Source: Octopus sinensis
Lineage: Eukaryota
NCBI RefSeq assembly: GCF_006345805.1
Contig: NC_043019.1
Coordinates: 21,637,360 to 21,701,359, forward strand
DNA length: 64,000 nt
Direction of reading: 5' to 3'
Position numbers and translations under genes: made by a program. Positions 40,388 to 53,262 of this stretch are shown piece after piece; the first letter of the stretch is position 1; every line of letters starts with the position of its first letter. The notes under the pieces were generated by a model, which ran no database searches, was not told the DNA's origin, and saw nothing but the letters and a program-made list of their open reading frames with translations.

Positions 40388-41459
40388 CCATGTACTGTTT
40401 GTTTATCTGAGTCATCAAATGCTGGTCCTTCCCTTTTATTGCACCCTCTCCACAACACCTGCTCCCTTTTTTCCCACTCAAACTTTCTTAAACACACATA
40501 CTCATCGATATAATTAATAAAACAAGGTAAGTTAATGAGATACTCCATCAGAGATGAGTGACTTGGGGCTAATTAGAAGCTAAAAGACCAATGGGCCAAT
40601 GAAAGTCCCTTGCATAGCCATCAGTACTGAATTGTAAGAAATAGCAGCCAAACTTTCTTTAAATCACATACCCGATGTTTAAAAAAAAGCTCTTTTTACA
40701 ACTATCATATGATGTGAAGACAAGGAGACACAAATATACACATTCACACAACAGACTTTTTACAGTTTTCATACGCCAAATCCAGACACAAGGCTTTGAT
40801 TGCCCTGAGGTTTCAATAAATGGCAGTTTCCCAAGGTGCAATACATCATGATGCTTAGAAGCAAACTTCTTAACTACACAGCAAGAAGAAATTTGCAGAT
40901 TTGAATTTAATAACTCTGCAGGGTGGTTGGTGTTAGGAAGGGCATCCAGCCCTAAAACCCCCTGCCAAAACAGACAGTGAATCTTGGTGCAGTCTTCTGC
41001 CCAGCCAAATCCTGTCAAACCATCCAACTCATGCTAGCATGGAAAGTGGTTGTTAAATGATGACGATGATGATGATGATAACATCAAAGTATATGAAACA
41101 TATATAATACAAAACTGTACTAAAATACAAATCCCAAACCAAAGAAAATACAAACATGACCAAAGAAAGAAAAAAAAAACGAAAGAGGGGAAAAGACACA
41201 GAAAGGAAGAAAAAGAAAGGAAAAGTGGAAGAAACACCAATTGCTTCAATTGGTTACACACCACAAGATTCAACAGAACCTACTGAAGCAGGCCAACATG
41301 CTTGAGGTATTACAAGAGGTGATGGTGAGGCTAAGGTGTTGGAACAGCCAAGCACACTCATGGCAATCACCTGACATTCATGGGAGTTACCTGATGAGCT
41401 GCTGTTATATATATATATATATATATACACATATATATATATAATATATATATTATATA

Positions 41460-41553
<94 letters not shown>

Positions 41554-41554
41554 T

Positions 41555-41585
<31 letters not shown>

Positions 41586-41818
41586 CTATATATACATATA
41601 TATATATGTATGTGTGTGTCTGTTTATAATGGACATATATAAATGCATCTAAAGTGAAGAGACATTTAAAGATAAACTCAAGTGATACACTGATATGGTT
41701 TCTATTTTTTCTAGTCACAATTATGTTTCTAAAAGTAGGATGTCTATATAAACATAAGGACATGTGACTTTTCATCAGCAGAACAGTAGAAAGAACATTT
41801 ATATACATCGCGTGCACG

Positions 41819-41857
<39 letters not shown>

Positions 41858-42104
41858 GTGTGCACGCGCGTGTGTGGTGTGTGTGTGTGTGTGTGTCTCT
41901 CTCTCTCTCTCTCTTTCTCTCACTGAGTAAAATAGAAACAAGAAGCTTAGGGTAGATACAAAATAAAAACCATTATTATGCAGTGAATTAATAAACTCTA
42001 TTACATGTATTGAGCACCCTGTTTTTCTTTTAAATTCGTTTTTGCAAATAAAACATATACATGTGTGAATGCATGCATGTAATTGTATATGTATGTGTGT
42101 GTAT

Positions 42105-42411
42105 GAGAGAGAGAGGAAGGAGAGAGGGGGAAGGAGAGAGAGAGAGAGAGGAGACAAAGAGAGAGAGGAAGGAGACAAAGAGAGATAGGAAGGAGACAAA
42201 GAGAGAGAGGAAGGAGACAAAGAGAGAGAGGAAGGAGACAAAGAGAGAGAGGAAGGAGACAAAGAGAGAGGAAGGAGAGAAAGAGAGATGAGGGAGAGAG
42301 AGGAAGGAGAGAGAGAGAGAAAGGAAGGAAGGAGAGAGAGAGAGGAAGGAAGGAGAGAGAGAGAGAGGAAGGAGAGAGAGAGAGAGGAAGGAGAGAGAGA
42401 GAGAGAGAGAG
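42105..42411. repeat. Polypurine GA tract with 21-bp unit GAGACAAAGAGAGAGAGGAAG
   Basis: Units at 42151, 42172 and onward. Confidence 0.9.
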
Positions 42412-43074
42412 TAATTGTGCCCCTGTGTGTCCATGAAGCATGTGCATATGTGTATATTCCTGTAATCCTTACGCTGACAAAAGAGAAAATTTGACAGATA
42501 TTAGAAGAATTAGTTCTGTGGTTATAAGAAACGCAATGTTGCCACTGTGGAATGTTATTTTTAAGTGACACCAACTTAGTTTGAATACAAAAGCACCTAT
42601 GTTCTTTTATCTCAAATCAATATTACCGTCATCTCACGAAAACCATCATTATTATTCTTATCATCATCATCATCATCATCATCATGAAGCAAATGTAACG
42701 ATAGACAAAAAAAAGTGAAAATTCCTTTATCTGGAGACTTATCTCCAGATTGGTTTATAATTTACATAGAACTACGGAGCTTTATGTGAAAGCATCCTGA
42801 GTAGGGAGAAGGGATAAAAAAGAAATAAGATCTAAAAAAAAAAAAACATAAACAATACACATATATATATACACACAACATGGAATACATACACACATAC
42901 AGGAAATCTCACTAAAATCACTATCTTGTTAGCAGTAAAACTGCCTTAACTTGGCAGAAGGATGAAACAGTAAATCAGGATTTTGACTGAGATTTCGTTG
43001 GAATAATTTCTATTCACAAAATCTCTCAGCTAAAGTACATGCATACATAAACTTTATATAGGTGTGTGTATATG

Positions 43075-43105
<31 letters not shown>

Positions 43106-43159
43106 ATATGTATGTATGTATGTATATATATGTATGTATGTATGTATATGTATGCATAT

Positions 43160-43194
<35 letters not shown>

Positions 43195-43563
43195 TCATAT
43201 ATAAAGAGAGGGAGCGAGAGAGAGAGAGAGAGAGAAAGTGAGAGAGCAGACTAAGTTTGGACAACTTAATCTTCAAAAGCAACATTATATTCTATATCAA
43301 TGTAATAAATCTTTTAGGAAAAGAACATCATATATATATAAATATATATATATGCATACACACACACAAATTATACACATGTGCATATATGTATATACAT
43401 ACATATATATATATATATAAACATAAAAAATGCTTCTTTGCATAAAGCTTTAGCAGAGTGCTCTATGAAGATGATTAAATAAATCCTGGTTCAGAGTGAT
43501 AATAACAACATGATAACTATGTGTAGGTTGGTCTAACAGATAAACCACTAGAAAATAAAACAG

Positions 43564-43594
<31 letters not shown>

Positions 43595-43824
43595 CACACA
43601 CAGACATCATGCCTGTGGACATGATATTACATTTCTAGAGGTCACATATGCAAAAGAAATAAAAAGAAATGCATGCTATGTCCTGTCATCAGCAGGTATC
43701 AGAGAGACTCTTAAGAGGAAAACAGATTCAATGCATGCAGCAATATGACAATGCTGTATGTACAGTAATACTGTGAACTAGGGGTTGGCAAATTTCTTAT
43801 GTCATTAACCCACTTCATAAATAG

Positions 43825-44115
43825 TAATAATAATAATAATTGTGTACAGTGCTCAGGTGCACTACAACTCATCTAAAGTGTATATATAATCAGGTGTAGC
43901 TTCGGCGGATTTCGTAAAAAGCATGAGGGCCTTAAAGGATGCAGTGTCATGGCAGTCAACAACTGACGCAGGCGGGCAGTTTATTCCATGCTTCAGCAAC
44001 TCTGAGCGTGAAAAAAATGTTTCCGAAAGTCATGGGAGCTGTGTTGTTTTCTGACTTTGTAGGCATGTCCACGTGTGTTAGACACATGGAGATCAAAAAG
44101 GTGTTCAGTGTTGTT
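43825..44115 (-). mobile_element. CR1-type LINE 3' end
   Basis: FFTLRVAEAWNKLPA motif; 3' terminus GCACCTGAGCACTGTAC shared with the 26410 copy. Confidence 0.8.
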
Positions 44116-44297
44116 GTTGGTGATAACTTACTGACCTCCCCCATCTCCCACCAAATTTATGTAAATTTCTAGAATGAAATTTGCTAAGTATAATTAATTA
44201 AAAATTTCTTGATTTCAGAACAATAATAATCCCTCCATTCTTCCCTGTCATAACTGCCTTTTAACGTGAAATATTTTAAGAAATTAAATGAATATAA

Positions 44298-44514
44298 TTA
44301 AGCCTTTAACATTCAAACTGGCCATATCTGGTCCACGTATTCGACCTGTTGAAACCATTCAGATCAAGCCTATCACACCTTCTCTACAATGTTATTCTAA
44401 AAATAGATAATTACATCATCGAAATCTTGAAGATATGAGATAATCATGATTAATTCAAAACAATGTAAATAAATAAACATAACATTTACAGTAATCTGAA
44501 TGCTAAAGGGTTAA
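44298..44514. mobile_element. piggyBac-like (TTAA) MITE
   Basis: TTAA|GCCTTTAACATTCA ... TGAATGCTAAAGGG|TTAA. Confidence 0.8.
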
Positions 44515-44769
44515 AGAAATTGATGAAGGACAATAAAAATTAATTGATATCATATTGATATCGTTGGAATATTTAATGCAAAATATGTGTTTGCATTGAT
44601 ATTTGCCAGGAAAGATTGGTGCAATAAGTTTTAGCCTTAAATTATTGAGCACTTCTAGATTCAGTTTGTTAAATAATTTAGCACCCTTGATAGGCAAAAT
44701 CATTTGAGATGCTGATTGACTTTTTAGATAGCCACTTTGCTGAGCCCTGCTGAAAACTGTCATAAACAG

Positions 44770-45197
44770 TTACTCTTACTCTTTACTCTTTTACTTGTTT
44801 CAGTCATTTGACTGCGGCCATGCTGCAGCACCGCCTTTAATCGAGCAACTCGACCCCGGGAATTATTCTTTTGTAAGCCCAGTACTTATTCTATCTGTCT
44901 CTTTTGCCAAACCGCTAAGTAACGGGGGGGGGGCATAAACACACCAGCATCGGTTGTCAAGCAATGCTAGGGGGACAAACACAGACACACAAACATATAC
45001 ACACGCACTTATATATATATATATATACATATATACGACAGGCTTCTTTCAGTTTCCGTCTACCAAATCCACTCACAAGGCTTTGGCTGGCCCGAGGCTA
45101 TAGTAGAAGACACTTGCCCAAGGTGCCACGCAGTGGGACTGAACCCGGAACCATGTGGTTGGTAAACAAGCTACTTATCACACAGCCACTCCTGCGC
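44770..45197 (-). mobile_element. Young CORE-like tRNA SINE, full length
   Basis: CpG-intact reverse complement of 14129. Confidence 0.9.
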
Positions 45198-45555
45198 CTT
45201 GAAATATTTACGTGTAAGTCTAGACAAGATCTTTGGAGAAGACTGGCAGCAGTCCTGCATACAAGTCTCCTCTTCTCCATGACATCAATGTTTGTTAAAA
45301 GGGAAAAGCTGCTGATACAGCTAAGCATTAGTGTCATTGTAGACATAACTGTCAGAATGGAAAGATCCTGAGAGGATGACAGTAAAGTTAACCTTGGTGA
45401 GATCTGCACTCAAGCTGCAAAGAGATAGAACAAATAGTGCAGGGCTTGGCATCCAATGCACTAACAAATCTGCAATTAAGGTATTAAAAATAGTAACCAT
45501 CACACACACACATTCATGTAGGAAATTAGGTTAGAGGAGGAAAAATGAAAGGTAT

Positions 45556-45588
<33 letters not shown>

Positions 45589-45704
45589 CACATGTACACA
45601 TTCAAACAGAAAATTAGGTTAAAGAAAAAGCAGAAAATTAACAATAATCCAATATATATACATGAGCGAGTATGTGTGTGCATATATATATATATATATA
45701 AACA

Positions 45705-45905
45705 GGACGCCATGAGAGACCGTTAGCTCCTACACACATTTTTTTCTCTCCTTGTTTTTTTCTGTGTATCTTTCTGTTGAAGAGCATAGGCTCGAAACGT
45801 AAAAGACTTGTTCTATTTCTATTCTTGAGCACCATACTAATACATTTGTTTGTTTGTACTCCACCTGCCTTCGTTTTTTGTTTATTTTCATAAACCTTCC
45901 CGTTA
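45705..45905 (+). mobile_element. Penelope-like terminal-repeat fragment in (TA)n
   Basis: Highly similar to 52304-52495; carries a minimal hammerhead-like motif. Confidence 0.6.
45769..45806 (+). ncRNA. Minimal type-I hammerhead ribozyme-like motif (variant core)
   Basis: TCTTT CTGTTGA A GAGC-ATAG-GCTC GAA ACGT A AAAGA: stem I, core, stem II hairpin, GAAA, palindromic stem III, GUA site. Confidence 0.55.
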
Positions 45906-46497
45906 TATATATATGTACATATATATATATATATATGTACATATAGGTGTAAGTGTGTGGGTGGGTGTATGCACGTGAATGTGCATCTGTTCGTCTGTCC
46001 ATGTGATTTCCTAATAAAATGAAAAGCAAAGGTTGTTTTCGTACAAACAATTTGATGATACCGTAAACATACCACTACCACCGCAACAACAACAACACAA
46101 ACCACTAAGCAATATGTAAAACCAGAAAAGAAAAATAATAAACCCCTCTCTGCCCTACCCACCACTCGTCAAACGAAGGGGAAGAGTTACATGGCAGCAG
46201 CAACATCATCAAACACGCATCATCATCAATAATAATAATAATGATGATGATGATGATGATGATGATAATAATAATAATATACGATGTCAACACAGATTGT
46301 GGAACATCAAATCACTTCAAGACTCAAATGGAAAGAAATATACAAGAAAATACATATAAAAAGTGTAAATAAAAAAGACAGAACTAAAAAATGATATGAA
46401 TACAACAACATATATATATATATATGTAAGCATGTATGCATATATTTACAATTAGTGAAGATTAAAAAAAATAAGATGTTTGTGTTTTTTTACAAAC

Positions 46498-46542
<45 letters not shown>

Positions 46543-46931
46543 GACACACACGTATATACATGTATGTGTGTGTGTATACACACACATACATATCATATAT
46601 ATATATATGTATAGTTTTATATATATATATATATATTCATGTCACCCAATCAAGCATGCTCCACATCTCATTCTCTTAACATCTAGCCCTCTGTCACTCT
46701 TCTACTTACTATGGCACTACTTACTACTTGGAGTTTGTAATGACTTAAGAGTGCAATCAGCACCTATTACCTCATCGCTTTCTTTCCACTAATTGCAACA
46801 TTTCCTCCCTCACATCAGCCCCTTCCCCAGGAACCACTCTCGTCCTCCATTTTCATTATCCTCCTTTCACTTCCCACATTAATTTAATGGAGCATCTCTT
46901 TTCTGGCCTTCAGCTATTTCTCTCTTCCACA

Positions 46932-47136
46932 TTACTCTTTTACTTGTTTCAGTCATTTGACTGTGGCCATGCTGGAGCACCGCCTTTAGTCGAGCAAATC
47001 GACCCCGGGACTTATTCTTTTGTAAGCCTAGTACTTATTCTATCGGTCTCTCTTACCGAACCGCTAAGTGACGGGGACATAAACACACCAGCATCGGCTG
47101 TCAAGCAATGCTAGGATGACAAACACAGACACACAA

Positions 47137-47167
<31 letters not shown>

Positions 47168-47337
47168 CATATATACGACAGGCTTCTTTCAGTTTCCGTC
47201 TACCAAATCCACTCACAAGGCATTGGTCAGCCCGGGGCTATAGCAGAAAACACTTGCCCAAGATGCCACACAGTGGGACTGAACCCGGAACCATGTGTTG
47301 GTTAGCAAGCTACTTACCACACAGACACTCCTGCACC
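46932..47337 (-). mobile_element. Young CORE-like tRNA SINE, full length
   Basis: Near-identical to 44770-45197. Confidence 0.9.
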
Positions 47338-47351
47338 TATTGTTGAAATAT

Positions 47352-47768
47352 ATATTTCTTTACTACCCACAAGGGGCTAAACACAGAGGGGACGAACAGG
47401 GACAGGCAAACGGATTAAGTCGATTACATCGACCCCAGTGCGTAACTGGTACTTAATTTATCGACCCTGAAAGGATGAAAGGCAAAGTCAACCTCGGCGG
47501 AATTTGAACTCAGAACGTAACGGCAGACGAAATACCTATTTCTTTACTACCCACAAGAGGCTAAACACAGAGAGGACGAACAAGGACAGGCAAACGGATT
47601 AAGTCGATTTCATCGACCCCAGTGTGTAACTGACACTTAATTTATCAACCCCCGAAAGGATGAAAGGCAAAGTCGACCTCGGCGGAATTTGAACTCAGAA
47701 CGTAACGGCAGACGAAATACGGTTACGCATTTCGCCCGGCGTGCTAACGTTTCTGCCAGCTCGCCACC
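47352..47768 (-). mobile_element. Dimeric Meta-domain SINE
   Basis: Same junction GACGAAATACCTATTTCTTTAC (about 47526-47547) as the 30231 dimer. Confidence 0.9.
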
Positions 47769-48819
47769 TTGAAATATATTGTGATGAATTTTCAGGTTTC
47801 AAAATATTGCTTACTTTTTACTGAGCCTGATCAAAAGCACTCATTACACTCTTGGACTGGTTGTCGTTAGGAAGGGCATTCAGCCATAGAAACCATGCCA
47901 AATAAGAATTGAACCTGGTGCAGCTCTCCGGCTCACCAGTTTCAGTCAAACCGTCCAATCCATGCCAACATGGGAAGCGGATGTTTGATAATGATGATGA
48001 TGATGTATATATGGGTATGTGTATGTGTGCGTACATAAATTTTCATACACACAGACACACACCTGTATGTATAGACATACATACACATATACACACATAT
48101 GTACACATGTAGATATCTTCTGTTGATCTTAAAACTGAGTTGCCTTTTTTCTGCAACCTAATTTTCTGCGTGAAAATGTGTGCATCTATGTATACATGTA
48201 TGTTTGTGTATCATCATCATCATCATCATCGTTTAGCGTCCGCTTTCCATGCTAGCATGGGTTGGACGGTTCAACTGGGGTCTGGGAAGCCAGAAGGCTG
48301 CACCAGGTCCAGTCTGATCTGGCAATGTTTCTACAGCTGGATGCCCTTCCTAATGCCAACCACTCCGTGAGTGTAGTGGGTGCTTTACATATATATATAT
48401 ATCAGTCAGTAATTCATATATCCGATAAATAAGCACACTCTAAAGCATTAGAGCAGTAATGTACTTTATTTAGCAAGTTAAACGTTATGGTTGGTCATTG
48501 AGTGACCATTGGTTTTGCTACGTGCTTTATAGTTGTGAAACTAATGGTCACTCTATGACTGGCCATAACATTTAACTTCCTAAAAATAGACACACACACA
48601 CACATAAAGTGAAAACATTGCAAATAACAATAACTTAGCAGATAGTTACAATAAGAACATATCAAACTGTCAGTCTGTCATTGAAATATATAGAGTTCAT
48701 TGGATGTTGTACATACACAAGCATACACACATACATATGTACACACAGACACATACTATACATACATACATATATGTGTGTGTGTATGTGTATATATATA
48801 TATCCTCATCATCATCATC

Positions 48820-49043
48820 ATTTAATGTCCGTTTTCCATGCTAGCATGGGTTGGACGGTTTTGACTGAGGTCTGGCAACCAGATGGCTGCACCAGGCTCC
48901 AGTCTTGATCTGGCAGAGTTTCTACAGCTGGATGCCCTTCTTAACGCCAACCACTCCACTACACTCTCGGAGTGGTTGGCATTAGGAAGGGCATCCAGCT
49001 GTAACCGTCCAACCCATGCTAGCATGGAAAAAGGACATTAAAT
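48820..49043. repeat. Fold-back inverted repeat made of two head-to-head RTE-tailed SINE modules
   Basis: 48923-48957 pairs with 48969-49003; 48820-48860 pairs with 49003-49043; 11-nt loop. Confidence 0.9.
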
Positions 49044-50174
49044 ATATATATATTAACACGAAGACTAGAATTTATGGTATTATTTTTAATTTTGTAGTTA
49101 CAATTGTTTCTTTACAAATATGGTGAATGCATTTTATGAACATAGATATTAATATTAATTACAATACAAATATAATGAATTGATAAAATATTTACACATA
49201 TATTGTTTTAATGCATAACTACTCTGAAACTCATATACATGATCAGGAAATTCAATTTGTAAGCATTGTGTTTTTCATTTAAAATAAAACATCAACATAC
49301 AACTGATAGTTGGAATAGGCAAATGTTCTTCATGATAACACAGCTTGGATTATAATCCATTCGGGATACTATATATATATTTCGCTCGCCTTCTTATACA
49401 ATATGTGTGTTAATCTAAAATAATTATATAGAATATTGATAGTAAATTTTTAAGACACACTCATATGTATTTATACTGGAAATATCAGGCATACATATAC
49501 ACACAGACATACAATTACATACTCATGTGCATACTTTCATGTAAGCCTGATCATTTAGAATGACAGCTTCTTTTATCGTTTTAGAGGTAGGGCTTGTGTG
49601 TGTGTATGTGTGTGTGTGCATGCATATCTTTGTGTGTCTTTTTTGTTTTTGCCAATTTGCAGATACAAAATGTGACAAGGAATTAGAAGGATTGAGATTT
49701 TATATAAAAAAAAAATCATTTGGCCAACAAAGGAGTGTTGCACTCCATGGTCTTCCCAGGCCAACCATCTGAGGTTGATGAGAAAGACACAGGTGCAAGA
49801 TGATGGCTGCAGGAATTAAAGAAGAAAAGGAGGGGATTTCTAAAGGACTGACCCCCGACTGTTGTCTTACAAAGAAAAAAGACTGGGAGAAAATGGTTCA
49901 TGCAAAGTGAGAGGTATGAAGGTGGACATAGCATTGGCAACAATAGGATGTGAAAGAAATGCTGTATAATAAATAACACCCTAAACCCTAAACTATGAAA
50001 TCATTCCCTCACTCAGTCTAATCAACCTAAGAGTAAGCTTATAAATGGTTGTTTAAAATGTTGTAAATATCAGCTAAATCTTCCTCAACTCAAATTACAT
50101 CATACTGGCTTGGAGGATATAAAAGACTTACTCAAAACCTAAATCAGTTAAAAACAAGTTATTATTATTATTAT

Positions 50175-50655
50175 TGAGTGAAAGAGCAGTTCATGCCATC
50201 AAAGTGACACTGGGGTAAAATATACGAAGCCCAATATACCCATCATGACTATCCGTCTGATAAGGGTACACCAGGCACATGCATCACAACCATATGTGCG
50301 CGACATGGTGATCTCATATCAAGATAAACAGCGCATGATCTTGCAGGTGGGGCCCAGTTAGAATTTTCTTCAGGTTGAGTAGCCCATCCCGCTCAAAAGG
50401 TCCCTGAATAAGGGTTTTTTAAGGATGTTGAAAGAACCACCCATGTTTCCAGAGGTGAATTATTCAAACCCCAAAGAATCCCTCTCAACACATGGCTATG
50501 ATGCTCCCCCACTACTTCTGCTCGTGATCAGAGATGCACATATCGTCAGCCACTAAGGGACATGCTCAACTGGTTAAGGTCAAACAACTGACAAGCAAAT
50601 CTGTGGTATTGAGCAGAATATTTGCTGTAGCCCATCTTTTATACCAAGACAAAAC
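50175..50655 (-). mobile_element. 480-bp insertion in a (TTA)n tract, probably a non-autonomous retroposon (Dong/R4-like targeting)
   Basis: Complex, GC-richer block with sharp edges and (TTA)n on both sides; family and strand inferred from the target site only. Confidence 0.5.
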
Positions 50656-52219
50656 ATTATTATTATATTATTATTATTATATTATTATTATTATATTATT
50701 ATTATTATTCAGTAAGCAACAGAAGAAAATATAAGCTTATGATGGACCCACTACAAGATGACTTGTTTTTCAAAAAATAGCAACCAAATTTCTCTCATAC
50801 ATTTTGTAAAAGCATAGAGTGCGTCAGACAATGAAGCTCTAGAAACAGAGATCAGCAAAAGGTGAGGTGTGACTCACAAATGGAACACTGGGATGTTCTT
50901 TGTGGATCTTGGATCTTTTCTAAAAATCATTTTTCAATTTTAACATTTGTGCATCATGGAAACAGTTGATGGTTTTTGGATATTAATTTTGTGTCATGAT
51001 TCGTTTAATTTTTTCTCACATAAACATTATAAATGATGGAAATGTGAGTGAGATAATTCATTGGCAATGATGTCATCATCATCATCATCATCTTAATGTC
51101 CGCTTTTCCATGCTTCCTGGGGTGAGATGGGGATGTGAGGGAACATTTTTATTTGTACAATATGATATATATACATATGGGGCTATGGTAAATGTGAAAA
51201 TAAAAACTTAAAACTGGGCCATGGGCAAATGCGTGTATGTGGAGTGGTAGAGTAAAGACAAAAAATTAGACAAAGAAACACAAACAGAAGTTGTCAGTTA
51301 TGAAAAAAACAAAGAAATTAAGCTGCCAATTTATGCCTTAAAATGATGGAATGGTCATGTTTGAAATGCTTTTGATCATGAGTCTGATTGATCAAGGTTG
51401 ACTTGGGGCTAAACAACAACAACAACATACAAACTAAGGGACCATGAGTGAAGGATGAGAGAAAGAAACATTTTAGTGAGTTTTATTTTGAAATATTTCA
51501 ATTTATAAAACTGATGTTTTCATACAGAATTTGAGAAAATAGTGAAAAGAAGAAAAAAAAAGTAGAAAGTCATACACAAGTAGTGAAATGAATTTCAAAA
51601 TCAATATCAATAAAATATTATTTATTGATAAAAAAGACCTCATTCATTCATGTATGTATATATATATATATATATATACATATATGTACATACACATACA
51701 CACCACGCACACACATATATGTATATTGTATAAACATATATGTATATTGTATAAACATACATGTATATTTACACACACACACACACATTTATTTTATACC
51801 CTACCAAGAGAATCTGGAATTAAATTAGATTGAAGACTGAAGTAGTGAAAGGGATTTGGATTGGAATATATTGGAAAATTACAAACTTTAATTGAAATCT
51901 ACTTTTCTGCTATGAAGCGAACCATTTCAAAGACAGAAACACAATAAATATCATAATACCTCAGCTTATTACTGGATATTAAAATTCCTTTCAAATAAGT
52001 ATATAGCATCCTCAAAGTGGCATATGTGTATTAAAAAGGATGATATTATGAATAAATTCCTATCTGAGCCTATCCTTTTTCAACCATATAAGCAGAGAGC
52101 CATCTCTACCCTCATCTCATAAAACGTTATTTGATTGCCTAAGGATATGTTTGCTTTGAGTGATTTACTTCAATCTGAGAGCTTCGTGACTTTTTAAATT
52201 GAAAAAAGCAGCAGAATCG

Positions 52220-52495
52220 GTGGTAACTAGTGACGAGCAGCAGTTGGCACCTTGTTATCTCCCCTACTTTCCTCCTCCTGTCTGACCATTTTGTCCGAGT
52301 CAGACGCCATGATAGATCGTTAGCCACTACACACATTTTTTTCTCTCCTTGTTTTTTCTGTGTCCCTTTCTGTAGAAGAGCGTAGGCTCGAAACGTAAAA
52401 GACTTTTTCTATTCCTGAGCGTTATACTAATACATCTGTTTGTTTTGTACACCACCTGTCTTCGTCTTTTGTTTTTTTCGTAAACTTTCCCTTTA
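52220..52495 (+). mobile_element. Penelope-like terminal-repeat fragment, second copy
   Basis: Paralogous to 45705-45905. Confidence 0.6.
52365..52402 (+). ncRNA. Minimal hammerhead-like motif, second copy
   Basis: CCTTT CTGTAGA A GAGC-GTAG-GCTC GAA ACGT A AAAGA. Confidence 0.5.
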
Positions 52496-52875
52496 TATAA
52501 AATCATAGCCAGCTGTCACCCACAAACAAGTACGGCATAGTAACATGACCCCTGCTTTTGCTAACTGTTTTTATGTAGTGATGAACAGACATAGATGCCC
52601 TTTTGACTCAAAGACCCAGTGGCACAGCCAAGATGTAATAGTTGTAAGGAGAGAGAATTCCACAATCACTTGGTTTGTATTTATTTTCAGTTGAGTAAAC
52701 AAGAGCAATGCCAGTACATATGTCTTCCTACAGCATTCGACCCTCTCCAAATTTGTATTTTTTTATTTATACCTAAGTTCTCATTTCTGGAGTCTTACAA
52801 TGTTTAATCGCAAATAACAAAATTCAACCAACAATATTTTTGTTACACAATATAATCATGTATTCTTATAAAATA

Positions 52876-53262
52876 CTAGCAGTATCGCCTGGCGTTGCTC
52901 GGGTTTGTAAGGGAAATAACTATGTAAGCATTTTTAGAGATGTAAAGTATAATAGCCATCTCAATATGGCTAACCACAAAGAGGGGGTGTTACTGTAGCT
53001 TTTTACGTTCTGAGATTTAATAATAAATTTTTAGAGAGTCACTTCCCTTATATATGCCAAAAATGCATTAAAAATGGGAAAAATTGATGGTAAATTTTTT
53101 TTTAAATCGTAGACTCATCGTAGACGCACGCTAATACCCAGAAGGGCTCGATATGAATCACGACTATAAAGATGGTTAAACTGCACCGCAAAATGTGGGA
53201 GTAGTTAGGAATCTAAATCGTAGGAGACAGACAGCACACAACCTCTCTTTTATATATAAAGA
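52876..53262 (-). mobile_element. Complete non-autonomous Helitron
   Basis: Minus strand A|TCTTTATATATAAAAG ... CCCGAGCAACGCCAGGCGATACTG CTAG|T: 5' TC, subterminal GC-rich hairpin, 3' CTAG, A|T target, no TSD. Confidence 0.85.

Noticed and set aside
42729-42750. 9-bp hairpin ATCTGGAGA-CTTA-TCTCCAGAT
   Set aside because: Isolated and short enough to occur by chance.
50132-50138. Possible 7-nt minus-strand microexon (tttag|GTTTTGA|gtaagt)
   Set aside because: Not frame-preserving and expected by chance in 64 kb of AT-rich DNA.
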